The notes: a model not told the origin generated them from the sequence alone. Positions 36,600 through 47,264 are shown, numbered from the stretch's first letter. The stretch is 64,000 nt of DNA from Methanolobus sp. (GCA_029762595.1 JARVGJ010000004.1:8205-72204); one strand, 5' to 3'. Program-made: numbers and translations.

Positions 36600-38690
36600 A
36601 TGACTGAAGGTAAGTGGAACGAGAAATTAGTAGTGTTCCTTAAGAAATATTATTGGGATAGTATTCTGCAACTTGCGAACAACTACCCTGATCAGCGTAG
36701 TCTGGTAATCGATTTCTCAGACCTTGATATATTTAACAGGGAACTTGCCAGTGAACTTCTATTAAACCCGGATGAGGTGCTCCCTGCTGCAGATAATGCA
36801 CTCCAGCAGATAGACCTGCCTGTAGAAAAAAGCCTGGATGATGCAAGGATCCGCTTCATAAAGATACCAAATAAGATACCTAACAGGGACCTCCGCAGTA
36901 AACATCTCCTGCAGTTTGTTGCCATAGAAGGCATGATACGCAAGGCAACCGAAGTACGCCCAAAGGTCATCAATGCTGCTTTCCAGTGCATGCGTTGTGA
37001 GCATGTAACTATGATCCCACAGAATGATGTCAAATTTGCAGAACCCCACGAATGTGAGAACGAGACGTGTGGCAGGAAAGGGCCATTTAAGATACTTGTG
37101 AACCAGTCTGTTTTCGTTGATGCCCAGAAGCTTCAGGTACAGGAGTCCCCGGAGAACCTTAAGGGAGGCGCACAGCCCCAGAGCCTTGATGTGGATGCTG
37201 AGGACGACCTTGCAGGTATTGTGAAACCCGGTGATCGTGTCATCATAAATGGAGTCCTGCGTTCCCACCAGAGGACAACAAGGGAAGGCAAGTCTCCCTT
37301 CTATGACCTGGTCGTGCATGCTAATTCCATAGAATACATGGATCAGGAGTTCGATGAACTTGAGATAAGCCCCCAGGAAGAAGAAGAGATACTGGCCATG
37401 AGCCGTGACCCGGAGATATATAAAAAGGTAATCGGGTCCATTGCCCCATCAATTTATGGCTACGAAGACGTCAAGGAAGCACTTTCACTTCAGTTGTTCT
37501 CAGGAGTTGCCAAACACCTGCCAGATGGTTCAAGGGTTCGCGGTGACATACACATGCTTTTTGTGGGTGACCCTGGTGTTGCAAAGAGCCAGATGCTACG
37601 TTATATGGTAAAGCTCTCCCCCAGAGGTGTGTTCGCCTCTGGAAAAAGTGCTTCATCAAGTGGACTTACTGCTGCGGCAGTACGTGATGACCTGGGAGAT
37701 GGGCGGTGGACACTTGAAGCAGGCGCCCTTGTCATGGCAGACATGGGTATTGCCGCAGTAGATGAAATGGATAAGATGAGCACCGAGGATAAGAGTGCAC
37801 TGCACGAAGCAATGGAACAACAGACCATAAGTGTTGCAAAGGCCGGTATCATCGCCACACTGAAATCCCGATGTGCCCTCCTTGGTGCTGCAAATCCCAA
37901 ATATGGCCGGTTTGACCGTTATGAAGGCATAGCCCAACAGATAAACATGCCCCCAGCTCTTGTCTCAAGATTTGATATGATATTTGTGCTCCTGGACACA
38001 CCCAACGAAGACATGGACTCCCGGATTGCAAAGCACATCCTAAAATCCCATTATGCAGGTGAGCTTTCAGAGCAGCGCAAGAACGTTGCATCAAGTACCA
38101 TCACCCAGGAGCAGGTGGACGATCATATGGAGATCATCAGGCCTGTTATCGACCCCGACCTGCTGAGAAAGTATATTGCCTATTCCAGAAGGAACATCTT
38201 TCCTGTAATGGAGGAAGAGGCACGTGATCACCTTGTGAAATTCTACATGGACCTTCGAAGGATGGGAGATGGAAAGGATGCACCAGTGCCCGTCACTGCC
38301 CGTCAGCTAGAGGCACTTGTAAGACTTGCAGAGGCGAGTGCACGTCTGAGGCTTAGCAATGTTGCAAGCATGGAAGATGCAAAGAGAACCACACGAATAG
38401 TTTATTCCTGTTTGAGGCAGGTGGGCGTCGATCCTGACACCGGGGCATTTGATGTGGATGTCATAGCTTCCGGTACAAGCAAAAGCCAGCGTGACAAGAT
38501 AAAGGTGATCAAAGAGATAATCAAAATGGTCGGGGAAAAACATCCAGGCGGTAAAGCACCTCTTGAAGAGGTCTATGCGGAAGCTCAGAACCAACAGATA
38601 GACAGGCAGCATGCAGAGGAACTTATATCCAAGATGCGCCGCTCCGGAGACCTTATAAAACCCGACAAGGAACACGTGAAAGTAGTTTGA
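36600..38690 (+). CDS. mcm: Replicative helicase MCM
   Basis: Zn-finger CMRCEH...CENETCG, Walker A GDPGVAKSQ, Walker B AAVDEMDKM, arginine finger SRFDMIF. No intein. Confidence 0.95.
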   Translation: MTEGKWNEKLVVFLKKYYWDSILQLANNYPDQRSLVIDFSDLDIFNRELASELLLNPDEVLPAADNALQQIDLPVEKSLDDARIRFIKIPNKIPNRDLRSKHLLQFVAIEGMIRKATEVRPKVINAAFQCMRCEHVTMIPQNDVKFAEPHECENETCGRKGPFKILVNQSVFVDAQKLQVQESPENLKGGAQPQSLDVDAEDDLAGIVKPGDRVIINGVLRSHQRTTREGKSPFYDLVVHANSIEYMDQEFDELEISPQEEEEILAMSRDPEIYKKVIGSIAPSIYGYEDVKEALSLQLFSGVAKHLPDGSRVRGDIHMLFVGDPGVAKSQMLRYMVKLSPRGVFASGKSASSSGLTAAAVRDDLGDGRWTLEAGALVMADMGIAAVDEMDKMSTEDKSALHEAMEQQTISVAKAGIIATLKSRCALLGAANPKYGRFDRYEGIAQQINMPPALVSRFDMIFVLLDTPNEDMDSRIAKHILKSHYAGELSEQRKNVASSTITQEQVDDHMEIIRPVIDPDLLRKYIAYSRRNIFPVMEEEARDHLVKFYMDLRRMGDGKDAPVPVTARQLEALVRLAEASARLRLSNVASMEDAKRTTRIVYSCLRQVGVDPDTGAFDVDVIASGTSKSQRDKIKVIKEIIKMVGEKHPGGKAPLEEVYAEAQNQQIDRQHAEELISKMRRSGDLIKPDKEHVKVV

Positions 38691-38702
38691 GGAAGTGACC
38701 AC

Positions 38703-38993
38703 ATGTATCTCAAGATCCACAAATCCGGCGCTAGCACCATCGTTGCCCTGTGTGACAGGGAATTGATAGGAAAGACTCTTAAAGAAGGCAATATTACTGT
38801 AACTATAACAGAAGAATTTTACAAAGGGGACATCATATCAGAGCAAGAAGCCATTGATATTATCTCAAAAGCCTCAAATGTCAACATATTTGGTGAAAAG
38901 GCAGTTTTATGTGCCGTCAAATGTGGGCTTGTAGATAAAAGCAAAATAAAGATCATTGATGAAGTAGCACATGCCCAGATATTCAGGATATAA
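38703..38993 (+). CDS. DUF424-like small archaeal protein
   Basis: MYLKIHKSGASTIVALCDRELIGKTL... Starts 12 nt after the mcm stop. Confidence 0.55.
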   Translation: MYLKIHKSGASTIVALCDRELIGKTLKEGNITVTITEEFYKGDIISEQEAIDIISKASNVNIFGEKAVLCAVKCGLVDKSKIKIIDEVAHAQIFRI

Positions 38994-39010
38994 TGCTACG
39001 AGGTTTAACT

Positions 39011-39703
39011 ATGAATAACGAAATAAAAATTTCGGGCGCAGAGAATAATGTGCTAAATACCTTTGATAGAAAAGAGCTTATTGAAGGGGTTGTGCGGAAG
39101 CATAAAAAGTTCTTGGATGAATATAAGTCAGAATTCAATGAACTTACTGGCAAAATCAGAACACTTGAGGAAAACATCGGATCCTTGCAAAAGAGCAGAG
39201 CAGATATCCTGGAAAAAATAGAGATACTGGCTGAAAAAAGACAATTGTTCTATCACCAGGCAGAAAAACTGCTGGATGATTTACAAGACTCGGTCTCTGA
39301 CAATAATGATCTTTACAAAGGAATATCGCTTGTCAAAGGACGCCTGTCAAAGTTGAAGGGATCCCTCACACCAGAGGAAGAGCAAAATCAGGTCAGTTCT
39401 ATAATGGAAGACATCTCTGCCCTGGATATAGGAAGCCGGGGAGTTGAAGACCGTCTTAATGCTGTAAAAGAGAGGATAAAGGAAGCACTTAGTTCAAAAA
39501 TGGAATTAAGTTCTATCGATAGTTCAGAGGAGACATATAATAATAGCATAGCTTCCTTTGAAGAAGAAATAAAAGAAATAGCCCCAAGACACAAATGGCT
39601 GGAGAACAGGATACAAAGTCACCAGGAGGCATTAGAACACTGGGACAAGGTGCCCCTTGAAGACAATGTTCATGCAGATGAGGCTAAAGAGGTTAAAGCA
39701 TGA
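39011..39703 (+). CDS. Coiled-coil protein 1
   Basis: Heptad-rich, E/K/L-rich sequence. ATG at 39011 lies 6 nt after GAGGT. An alternative ATG at 38993 overlaps the DUF424 stop (TAATG). Confidence 0.7.
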   Translation: MNNEIKISGAENNVLNTFDRKELIEGVVRKHKKFLDEYKSEFNELTGKIRTLEENIGSLQKSRADILEKIEILAEKRQLFYHQAEKLLDDLQDSVSDNNDLYKGISLVKGRLSKLKGSLTPEEEQNQVSSIMEDISALDIGSRGVEDRLNAVKERIKEALSSKMELSSIDSSEETYNNSIASFEEEIKEIAPRHKWLENRIQSHQEALEHWDKVPLEDNVHADEAKEVKA

Positions 39704-40623
39704 CAGATATAGATGTTTCCTCAATGAGTGAGAAGGACCTGAAGAACAAAGTGAATGACCTGAGGACCCAGATCGGTCACCATGAGCGTGAACTCAAGGC
39801 AATATACAGAGAGCTCAAACTTCATCGTACAAACACTGATGAGCTAAAAGAAAAGCGTGACAGCCTGAATTCCCAGGTAAGGGAAATTACAACAAAGGCA
39901 AAAGGCATCAGGTCCAAACGCGATTCCATAAATGCAAAGATCGCATCCCTGAAGGCCTCAAGGAATGAAGTAAATGAAAAGACCCGTCAATTCTCAGATA
40001 ATATCAGCGATCTTAAAACAAAAAGAGATGGCCTGAACAAATTATCAAAGGGAAGTGTGGAAACATTATCAAAAGCCTATGCTGCCGATATTGATCTTTT
40101 CCTGAATGCAGACATACCGCTAAAACATGAGGCGGACCTTTTTGAAAGATTGCTGGACCTAAAGGAGCGGCTTGGAGCAGCATTCGATGCGAATGATATC
40201 CACCAGAAACTGGTAGAAACATTTGAAGCATCAAAAGAGGTTTTTGAATCAAGGGAAGACTTTGGAGATGAGATAAGCAAACTTGCAGAGGAGTCACAAA
40301 AATATCACCTTGAAATGATAGATCTCTATAACCAGGCAGATGAGTTGAGAAAAGCTGCTGATACCGCACATACGCAGATATCTGAAAAGTATTCCGTGAC
40401 GTCCCCCATCAGGGAAAAGATCGATCCCCTTAAGAAAAAGATTACACTGTTACGGGATGAGCTTGGCATATATCTTGAGAAGCTCAATGACATCCAGGTT
40501 GAAAAGGACGGAAAAAAACAGGAGGAACATCTCGTTATTGCAAAAGAGAAACTTGAGAAGAGCGGCCGACTGAGTCTTGAGGATCTAAAGTTATTGATGG
40601 ATAAAGGAGATCTGAAGTTCTGA
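39700..40623 (+). CDS. Coiled-coil protein 2 (archaeal COG1340-like)
   Basis: 307 aa, almost entirely coiled coil. ATGA overlap with the upstream gene. Confidence 0.7.
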   Translation: MTDIDVSSMSEKDLKNKVNDLRTQIGHHERELKAIYRELKLHRTNTDELKEKRDSLNSQVREITTKAKGIRSKRDSINAKIASLKASRNEVNEKTRQFSDNISDLKTKRDGLNKLSKGSVETLSKAYAADIDLFLNADIPLKHEADLFERLLDLKERLGAAFDANDIHQKLVETFEASKEVFESREDFGDEISKLAEESQKYHLEMIDLYNQADELRKAADTAHTQISEKYSVTSPIREKIDPLKKKITLLRDELGIYLEKLNDIQVEKDGKKQEEHLVIAKEKLEKSGRLSLEDLKLLMDKGDLKF

Positions 40624-40629
40624 TCCCTT

Positions 40630-41232
40630 TTAACCTTTTTTATTTTTCATAACTGTTAGCCTGCATATCACAATAGCTGAAATGCATGCAAATGCCATAA
40701 GAATTGTGAAACCATCTGTTGTTACAGAATTATCATCATCGGGAACATTGCCTTCATTGTCCTGCCCTGTGTTTTGGGAAGCCCCCTCATCAATGACAGG
40801 TTTGGGAAGATCGGCATCGAGATACTGGTACACAGGCCCGAAGGTAATAAGCTCCCCTTCAGGACTTACGTATATGGTATCCACAGTGATATTCAGTATT
40901 TCATTGTCTTTTGAGTAAACAAAAACATCACCTTCAGAGAGGATCTCTTCCTTTAGCAGATCATTTTCATGAAACAGACGAAGCCAAACCTGTTTTTGCT
41001 CAAGATTAACACTTCTTAAAGTCAGAACATAACCCTGATAGAAATTCCATGAACCTCCTGTGGTCAGGAATATCCCGGTTCCGTTTATAAGTGAAATATC
41101 CTTTTGATCATTTGCAATTAAAGGATCTGCATATGTTTTTATAAACAATGGTTCAGAGTATACAGGAAATGCCATTGAGAGAAAAATAAGGATTGCAATG
41201 ATGGTAGTGCAGGTTCCCTTTAAACTTGTCAT
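40630..41232 (-). CDS. Secreted protein with a C-terminal TM anchor; single beta-rich domain, possibly S-layer-related
   Basis: Signal peptide TTIIAILIFLSMAFPVYS and C-terminal TDGFTILMAFACISAIVICRLTVMKNKKG. The core GYVLTLRSVNLEQKQVWLRLFHENDLL resembles S-layer duplication domains only loosely. Confidence 0.6.
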   Translation of the reverse strand: MTSLKGTCTTIIAILIFLSMAFPVYSEPLFIKTYADPLIANDQKDISLINGTGIFLTTGGSWNFYQGYVLTLRSVNLEQKQVWLRLFHENDLLKEEILSEGDVFVYSKDNEILNITVDTIYVSPEGELITFGPVYQYLDADLPKPVIDEGASQNTGQDNEGNVPDDDNSVTTDGFTILMAFACISAIVICRLTVMKNKKG

Positions 41233-41251
41233 TTAACATCACTTCATCGAT

Positions 41252-42223
41252 TCAATCACTGTATCGACAGTTCCCTGAAATAATCTCATGTCTTTTTCTG
41301 TTGCTGTCAAGAACCACAAGTGCCCCTTTTTCAGTAATCCCTACAGCTTTGCCTTCGATTATCTTGCTTGGCGTGGTAACTTTTACTTCTTTTCCTATTG
41401 TGTCGGAGAGATTGACCCATTCATCAATGATATCAGTAAATTGTTTTGTCTTAAACCTTATATATTGCTGTTCAAACTCATAAAAGAGCTCTGCAACAAA
41501 AGCAGTCCTGTCAATAACTTTTCCCAGTTCATTGGCAATACTTGTGGAGTTGTGCCTTATCTCTTCTTTAAGGTCTGCAATCCTGACGTTAGCATTGATA
41601 CCAATTCCAAGTATAACATAGTCTACCTTTTCAACCTCTGCACTAACCTCTGTAAGTATGCCGCATATCTTCTTTCCCCTGACCAGAACATCATTGGGCC
41701 ACTTGATATGCGCATCGATCCCATTTTTCCTCAAAGAACCAGCTACGGCTATACCAGCCACAAGAGTGATCTTTGACACGTTCTCAAGAGGAATTGAAGG
41801 CTTTAATATAATAGACAGCCATATACCGCCAGGTATCGATTGCCATTCAGTGCCCATTCTCCCCCGGCCCTTTTTCTGTGTTTCTGCAATCACTACAGTT
41901 CCTTCACAAACCTTTGCTGCAATATCCCGGGCAGTAATATTGGTGGATTCAAGTTCATCATAGTACCTGATATCACCACCTATGAGGGTTGTCCTCAATA
42001 GCTGCCTTAATTCATCCGGGTCGATACGGTCCGGGTATGCATCCAGAATGTATCCGGTCTTTGGCGAGGAGCGGACATGGTATCCCTCCTTTCTGAGGGC
42101 TTTTACATATTTCCAGACCATAGCCCTTGTTATTCCTAGTTTTTCCCCTATCTCCTGGCCAGAGACAGATTCCCCTTCAGATACCCTCAGCAATCTAATG
42201 ATCTCTTTTTTGTTGTCATTCAA
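41252..42223 (-). CDS. birA: Bifunctional biotin-protein ligase / biotin operon repressor
   Basis: N-terminal wHTH (ISGQEIGEKLGITRAMVWKYVKALRKEGY) and the ligase motif KKGRGRMGTEWQS. Confidence 0.9.
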   Translation of the reverse strand: MNDNKKEIIRLLRVSEGESVSGQEIGEKLGITRAMVWKYVKALRKEGYHVRSSPKTGYILDAYPDRIDPDELRQLLRTTLIGGDIRYYDELESTNITARDIAAKVCEGTVVIAETQKKGRGRMGTEWQSIPGGIWLSIILKPSIPLENVSKITLVAGIAVAGSLRKNGIDAHIKWPNDVLVRGKKICGILTEVSAEVEKVDYVILGIGINANVRIADLKEEIRHNSTSIANELGKVIDRTAFVAELFYEFEQQYIRFKTKQFTDIIDEWVNLSDTIGKEVKVTTPSKIIEGKAVGITEKGALVVLDSNRKRHEIISGNCRYSD

Positions 42224-42307
42224 AGGTATTCCACCATACGAATGTGTAGTATTTCATATAACCCACAATTATACACCCACATATCATATATTGTTGCCAA
42301 GGGTTTA

Positions 42308-43789
42308 TTACTTTGTCTGTTTTTGGGCCGCACTAATGTAAGAGCCCACAGCAGCAGTAGCTGCAGCCAGCTTATGATCTTTGGTATCAAGTGCTGATGC
42401 CAGTGTAGCGCCTTTGGCAGAATCTTCCTGAACAACCTTCTTCACATCTTCTATGATATTATAATCCTGTATAAAATGGGTTGTGAGTTTCCCTTCCCTG
42501 AAAGCAGGATGCCTGAGAACCGCCTTATGGAAGGGGATATTTGTTGTAACGCCAATGATAACATACTCATAAAGTGCTCGTTGCATCCTGTCAATAGCTT
42601 CGTCCCTGTCACTTCCCCAGGCACATAGTTTTGAGATCATCGAATCGTAGTAGGGTGAGATAGTATATCCCATGTGAACTCCACTGTCAACCCTTATACC
42701 CGGGCCTCCTGCAGAACGATATCTTTTAATCTTGCCAGGGCACGGTGCAAAGTCGTTCAGAGGGTCCTCGGCATTGAGGCGACATTCTATTGCCCAACCC
42801 CTTATACTAATATCTTCCTGCCTGAATGGTAACCTCTCACCACAGGCAATATGCAACTGTTGTTTTGCCAGATCTATACCTGTGATCATCTCACTTATAG
42901 TGTGTTCCACCTGCAACCTGGTGTTGACCTCAAGGAAATAGAAATCTCCCTTTGAATACAGAAACTCGACGGTTCCTGCATTCTCGTACCCGATGGCCTT
43001 TGCGGCCTTTACAGCAGTATCTCCCATCTTTTTACGAAGTTCCGGGGTCATCACGGGGGAAGGTGCCTCTTCGATCAGTTTCTGGTGCCTGCGTTGTATG
43101 GAACATTCCCTCTCCATGACATATACTGCATCACCGTATTTATCAGCGAGTATCTGGAATTCAATATGCCTTGGTTCTTCAACATACTTTTCGATAAATA
43201 CAGTGGGATCTCCAAAAGCAGATTCTGCGACCGACTGTATGGAATGGAGTGCGTTGTTGAAATCCTTCCTTGAATGCACGATCTTCATACCTATGCCGCC
43301 GCCACCGGCAGAAGCCTTTATTATCACAGGATAGCCGATGCCATCCGCAAGATCAGCTGCTTTTTCAGGGTCCGATATAGCCTCATTGGTCCCGGGAACC
43401 ACAGGAACACCTGCTTCTACCATGGTATTCCTGGCAGCTATCTTGCTTCCCATCTGCTCAATTGCCCTGCTGGAAGGTCCGATGAATGTAATGCCTGCTT
43501 CTTCGCACTTGCGGGCAAACTTGCTGTTCTCGGACAGGAATCCGTATCCTGGATGGATAGCCTCAGCCCCGCTTTCAAGTGCAACCTCCAGGATCTTATC
43601 ACCATTCAGGTAACTCTGGCTTGAAGGAGCAGGGCCTATATAGTATGCTTCGTCAGCATATTTTGTAAAAAGGGCATTCCTGTCAGCTTCTGAGTACACC
43701 GCTACAGTCTGGACACCCAGTTCCCGACATGCACGCATTGCACGGATGGCTATTTCACCTCTGTTAGCTACAAGTACTTTCTTGAACAT
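42308..43789 (-). CDS. pycA: Pyruvate carboxylase subunit A (biotin carboxylase)
   Basis: [25 protein letters not shown] and the ATP-grasp motifs of biotin carboxylase. 493 aa, adjacent to pycB. Confidence 0.93.
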   Translation of the reverse strand: MFKKVLVANRGEIAIRAMRACRELGVQTVAVYSEADRNALFTKYADEAYYIGPAPSSQSYLNGDKILEVALESGAEAIHPGYGFLSENSKFARKCEEAGITFIGPSSRAIEQMGSKIAARNTMVEAGVPVVPGTNEAISDPEKAADLADGIGYPVIIKASAGGGGIGMKIVHSRKDFNNALHSIQSVAESAFGDPTVFIEKYVEEPRHIEFQILADKYGDAVYVMERECSIQRRHQKLIEEAPSPVMTPELRKKMGDTAVKAAKAIGYENAGTVEFLYSKGDFYFLEVNTRLQVEHTISEMITGIDLAKQQLHIACGERLPFRQEDISIRGWAIECRLNAEDPLNDFAPCPGKIKRYRSAGGPGIRVDSGVHMGYTISPYYDSMISKLCAWGSDRDEAIDRMQRALYEYVIIGVTTNIPFHKAVLRHPAFREGKLTTHFIQDYNIIEDVKKVVQEDSAKGATLASALDTKDHKLAAATAAVGSYISAAQKQTK

Positions 43790-43799
43790 GCCAGTTCAC

Positions 43800-45527
43800 C
43801 TACTCTATACCCATCAGAACATCACCGGACTTTACAGCATCGCCCTCTGCTACCATAATAACCTTGACGGTGCCTGCATGTGGTGCATGGATCGCATTTT
43901 CCATTTTCATGGCCTCTATTACACAGACCGTGTCACCCTCTTCAATGCGATCACCTATCTTCACCTTTACGGAAAGCACCATACCCTGCATGTGGCTTGT
44001 TACAGCACCAGACACCGGATCATCAGTGTTTCCCTCATCAGTAGCCACTACTTTCAAAGCCCCTCCTACAGGATTTACTCTCACCGTAAAGATATCTCCG
44101 TCAACTTCAACCTGGTATTCGGTTGGTATGCCTGAGAAGTCTTTTGTGGCACATGGGTTCTTATTCTGGATCATTGGTGCGAGGTCTTCCTCTTCAAGTT
44201 CCCCTTTCAGGAAAGCCGGTGCAATGGCCGGATAGAGTATGTAGGTGAGGATATCCTCTTCCTTCTTGACAATACCCATCTCTTCGGCTTCCTTTTTCAA
44301 TCTATCGTATTCGGGCTGGAGTAGGTCTGCTGGCCTGCAGGTGATGGGTTCATCTTCACCGATTATCTTTGCGATTATCTCATCGCTTATCTTCTGTGGG
44401 GGCCTGCCGTAAAGACCGCGTACATAATCCTTGACCTCCTTAGGAATTACCTTATACCTCTCACCCATCAGCACATTCAGCACTGCCTGGGTACCAACTA
44501 TCTGACTTGTAGGTGTGACAAGTGGCGGGTATCCAAGGTCCTCACGTACCTTCGGCATTTCTTTGAGCACTTCATTGAACTTGTCCAGTGCATTTTGTTC
44601 CTTAAGCTGGGATACAAGGTTTGAAAGCATACCGCCTGGTATCTGGTAAAGCAATACATTCGTGTCGATCTGCTCTGATATAGGATCGAGTATACAGCGA
44701 TACTGCTCCTTTATTTCCTTGAAGTACTCGGATATCTCCGATATCAACCCAAGGTCCAGTCCTGTGGCCCTCTTTGTTTCGGCCAGCGCTGCAACAATGG
44801 ATTCTGTGGGTGGCTGGGATGTTCCCCATGCAAATGGAGAGAGTGCGGTGTCGAGTATATCAACGCCTGCCCTGCATGCTGCAGTATAGCTCATGGGCGC
44901 CATTCCTGAAGTGCAATGAGAGTGAAGGTCGACTGGAAGGTTCACCTGTGACTTGAGTGCCTTGACAAGGTCGTATGACTGCTGGGGAGATATGAGCCCG
45001 GCCATGTCTTTGATACAGATGGAGTCACATCCAAGCTCTGCAAGACCGGTCGCAAGCTCTACATATTTGTCAATAGTATGAACAGGACTGATGGTGTATG
45101 CTATGGCTCCCTGCACATGAGCTCCTTCCTTTTTAGCTACAGTGATAGCCTTTTCCATATTCCGGATATCATTTACAGCATCAAATACCCTGAAAATGTC
45201 AATACCGTTCTCATAGGCTTTTTGAACGAACTTCTCCACGACATCATCAGAGTAGTGCCTGTACCCTACCAGATTCTGTCCTCTGAGAAGCATCTGGGCA
45301 GGAGTCTCCTTCATGTGCTTTTTGAGTTCCTTCAGTCTATCCCAGGGATCTTCATTGAGATATCTGATAGAACTGTCAAATGTTGCTCCACCCCACATCT
45401 CTAGTGAATAATATCCTACCTCATCAAGCTTGTCCACAATTGGAAGCATGTTTCGGGTACGCATCCTGGTTGCAATGAGTGATTGATGCGCATCTCGAAG
45501 AATGGTTTCAGTTATTTTTACTTTCAT
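43800..45527 (-). CDS. pycB: Pyruvate carboxylase subunit B (carboxyltransferase plus biotinyl carrier domain)
   Basis: N-terminal TIM-barrel carboxyltransferase (ITETILRDAHQSL) and the C-terminal biotinylation motif VIEAMKMEN. Confidence 0.93.
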   Translation of the reverse strand: MKVKITETILRDAHQSLIATRMRTRNMLPIVDKLDEVGYYSLEMWGGATFDSSIRYLNEDPWDRLKELKKHMKETPAQMLLRGQNLVGYRHYSDDVVEKFVQKAYENGIDIFRVFDAVNDIRNMEKAITVAKKEGAHVQGAIAYTISPVHTIDKYVELATGLAELGCDSICIKDMAGLISPQQSYDLVKALKSQVNLPVDLHSHCTSGMAPMSYTAACRAGVDILDTALSPFAWGTSQPPTESIVAALAETKRATGLDLGLISEISEYFKEIKEQYRCILDPISEQIDTNVLLYQIPGGMLSNLVSQLKEQNALDKFNEVLKEMPKVREDLGYPPLVTPTSQIVGTQAVLNVLMGERYKVIPKEVKDYVRGLYGRPPQKISDEIIAKIIGEDEPITCRPADLLQPEYDRLKKEAEEMGIVKKEEDILTYILYPAIAPAFLKGELEEEDLAPMIQNKNPCATKDFSGIPTEYQVEVDGDIFTVRVNPVGGALKVVATDEGNTDDPVSGAVTSHMQGMVLSVKVKIGDRIEEGDTVCVIEAMKMENAIHAPHAGTVKVIMVAEGDAVKSGDVLMGIE

Positions 45528-46013
45528 GGGAATCCTCCGGGAATTTTTACAATCGTATTAGTGATTATTATAATAGAGAATCATCTAACTTCACGTAAGA
45601 TGAAATTGTATCTTATATATCATGTTCTTTTATGTAGTTTCTGGTAACCATTTATAAAGGCTTGCGTGATATGTGTATGAATAATAAAAAAAAACATACT
45701 ATACCAAATATTCATTATTAATATCCAAAATAGATTGTGGAAAAATATAGATATAATAATTTTGTATATTATATCTTATATCAGGACTCAAAGTGGATAA
45801 TAGGATAAAAATGGAATAAAAATAAGACAAATATGCATAGATACGTGAATATATAGATGTATATTGATTAAAATTTGAGACTGTGCCATGTATCCGAAGC
45901 CTTATTCAATGGCAATGTCTTCACGGGCAATATCCTTAATAGAATGTGAGCATGGAAGTATAAATTTGCCCGAGAATAGAACTCTTTTAAGCTAGGACAG
46001 CTTATAGTTTCAT

Positions 46014-47264
46014 ATGGAAATTGAAGCTAAGTTCATTGTAAAGGACCGTGCCACCTTCGAGAGGTTAATGAGCACAAAGTCTATAGAAGATTTCACTGTT
46101 TCTGAAGCTGTTGATAGTGAATTCATGGATACATATCTTGATACACTGGATATGGCCATATATTCTTCAGGCTTCTCTTTCCGCTGCAGGGAAAAGAAAG
46201 ACAAAGTTGTATATACGTTAAAATCATTGAAAGGAACCGGTTCTCTAATCCATACACGGGAAGAAATAGAATTTTCAATGAAAGAGAAGAGCCCTGTGGA
46301 TAAATGGAACGATTGTCTGCTCAAGGATCGTGTCCTGGAAATTATAGGCCAGGGAAGCCTTTACCCCCTGTTTCTGGTGGAGCACAAAAGAGCGGATCTT
46401 CAGGTATCAGATGAACAAAGGCACATCGCAGAATTGAGTTTTGATGATGTTATCATTATTTGTGACAACAACAGCAAAAGCTATCTTGAGCTGGAGGCGG
46501 AACTTATGGGCGATGGTACTGAATCCCAGCTTCAACGGATAGTTTTATTCTTCAGGGACGAAGCGGGACTTGTTCCAGGCAGCAGTTCAAAATTTGACAA
46601 TGGACTTGAGCTTTTCATTGAAAACATACGAAAAGATGCTATGAGCATTGACTATGGAACAGATTTTAGCAACGAAGGGATCTCATTCTCACCTGTGAAG
46701 GAAATGTTTGAGGAATATGGCATCGAACAGGAACATGCACGCAGGGTTGCCGAGAATGCACTACAGCTATTCGATGCCCTGAAAACGATCCATCTCCTTG
46801 ATGATAAGTTGCACCAGACATTGAGGTTCGCAGCGCTTGTCCATGACATAGGGGTCATGACCGACATAAGCAAGCACCATAAGGTCGGAAGGGATATACT
46901 GCTTAGCTCCTGCCCGGAGGAACTCCCCTGCCCTTTATGCCTTTTCCTGCCATGGACAACCTTCCTGCACAAGAAGAGTATCAACCCCATAAAACTGCAA
47001 AAACTCTCAATGAAAAAAAAATATGCCGGGTTACCTGTGAAAATGCAGGACGATATACTTAAGATGTCAGCTATTTTACGGATCGCAGATGCCCTGGACT
47101 ATAGCAGGATGAACAGCAAGATAACAAATATAGACCTGCTGAAAGAAGACATAGTTATCAAAGTCAAAGGACCGGGAGCGGACATAGACGCTGATAGAGC
47201 GGATACAAAAGCAGACATGTGGCGCCTGCTGTTTGAAAGGGACCTCTACTTCCGGGAAGATTAA
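46014..47264 (+). CDS. CYTH (triphosphate tunnel) domain fused to a Ppx/GppA C-terminal HD-like module
   Basis: N-terminus MEIEAKFIV (ExExK). The C-terminal half, EHARRVAENALQLFDAL...LRFAALVHDIGVMTDISKHHKVGRDILL...ILRIADALDYSR, matches domains III-IV of long exopolyphosphatases. Confidence 0.8.
   Translation: MEIEAKFIVKDRATFERLMSTKSIEDFTVSEAVDSEFMDTYLDTLDMAIYSSGFSFRCREKKDKVVYTLKSLKGTGSLIHTREEIEFSMKEKSPVDKWNDCLLKDRVLEIIGQGSLYPLFLVEHKRADLQVSDEQRHIAELSFDDVIIICDNNSKSYLELEAELMGDGTESQLQRIVLFFRDEAGLVPGSSSKFDNGLELFIENIRKDAMSIDYGTDFSNEGISFSPVKEMFEEYGIEQEHARRVAENALQLFDALKTIHLLDDKLHQTLRFAALVHDIGVMTDISKHHKVGRDILLSSCPEELPCPLCLFLPWTTFLHKKSINPIKLQKLSMKKKYAGLPVKMQDDILKMSAILRIADALDYSRMNSKITNIDLLKEDIVIKVKGPGADIDADRADTKADMWRLLFERDLYFRED

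Noticed and set aside
45528-46013. 486-bp AT-rich spacer upstream of pycB, examined for a BirA operator, repeats, CRISPR-like periodicity or an ncRNA
   Set aside because: Only a weak 5-bp inverted repeat (TGATT-N12-AATCA, about 45573-45594) and scattered GGATAA words were found. Nothing is periodic or long enough to support a call without comparative data.
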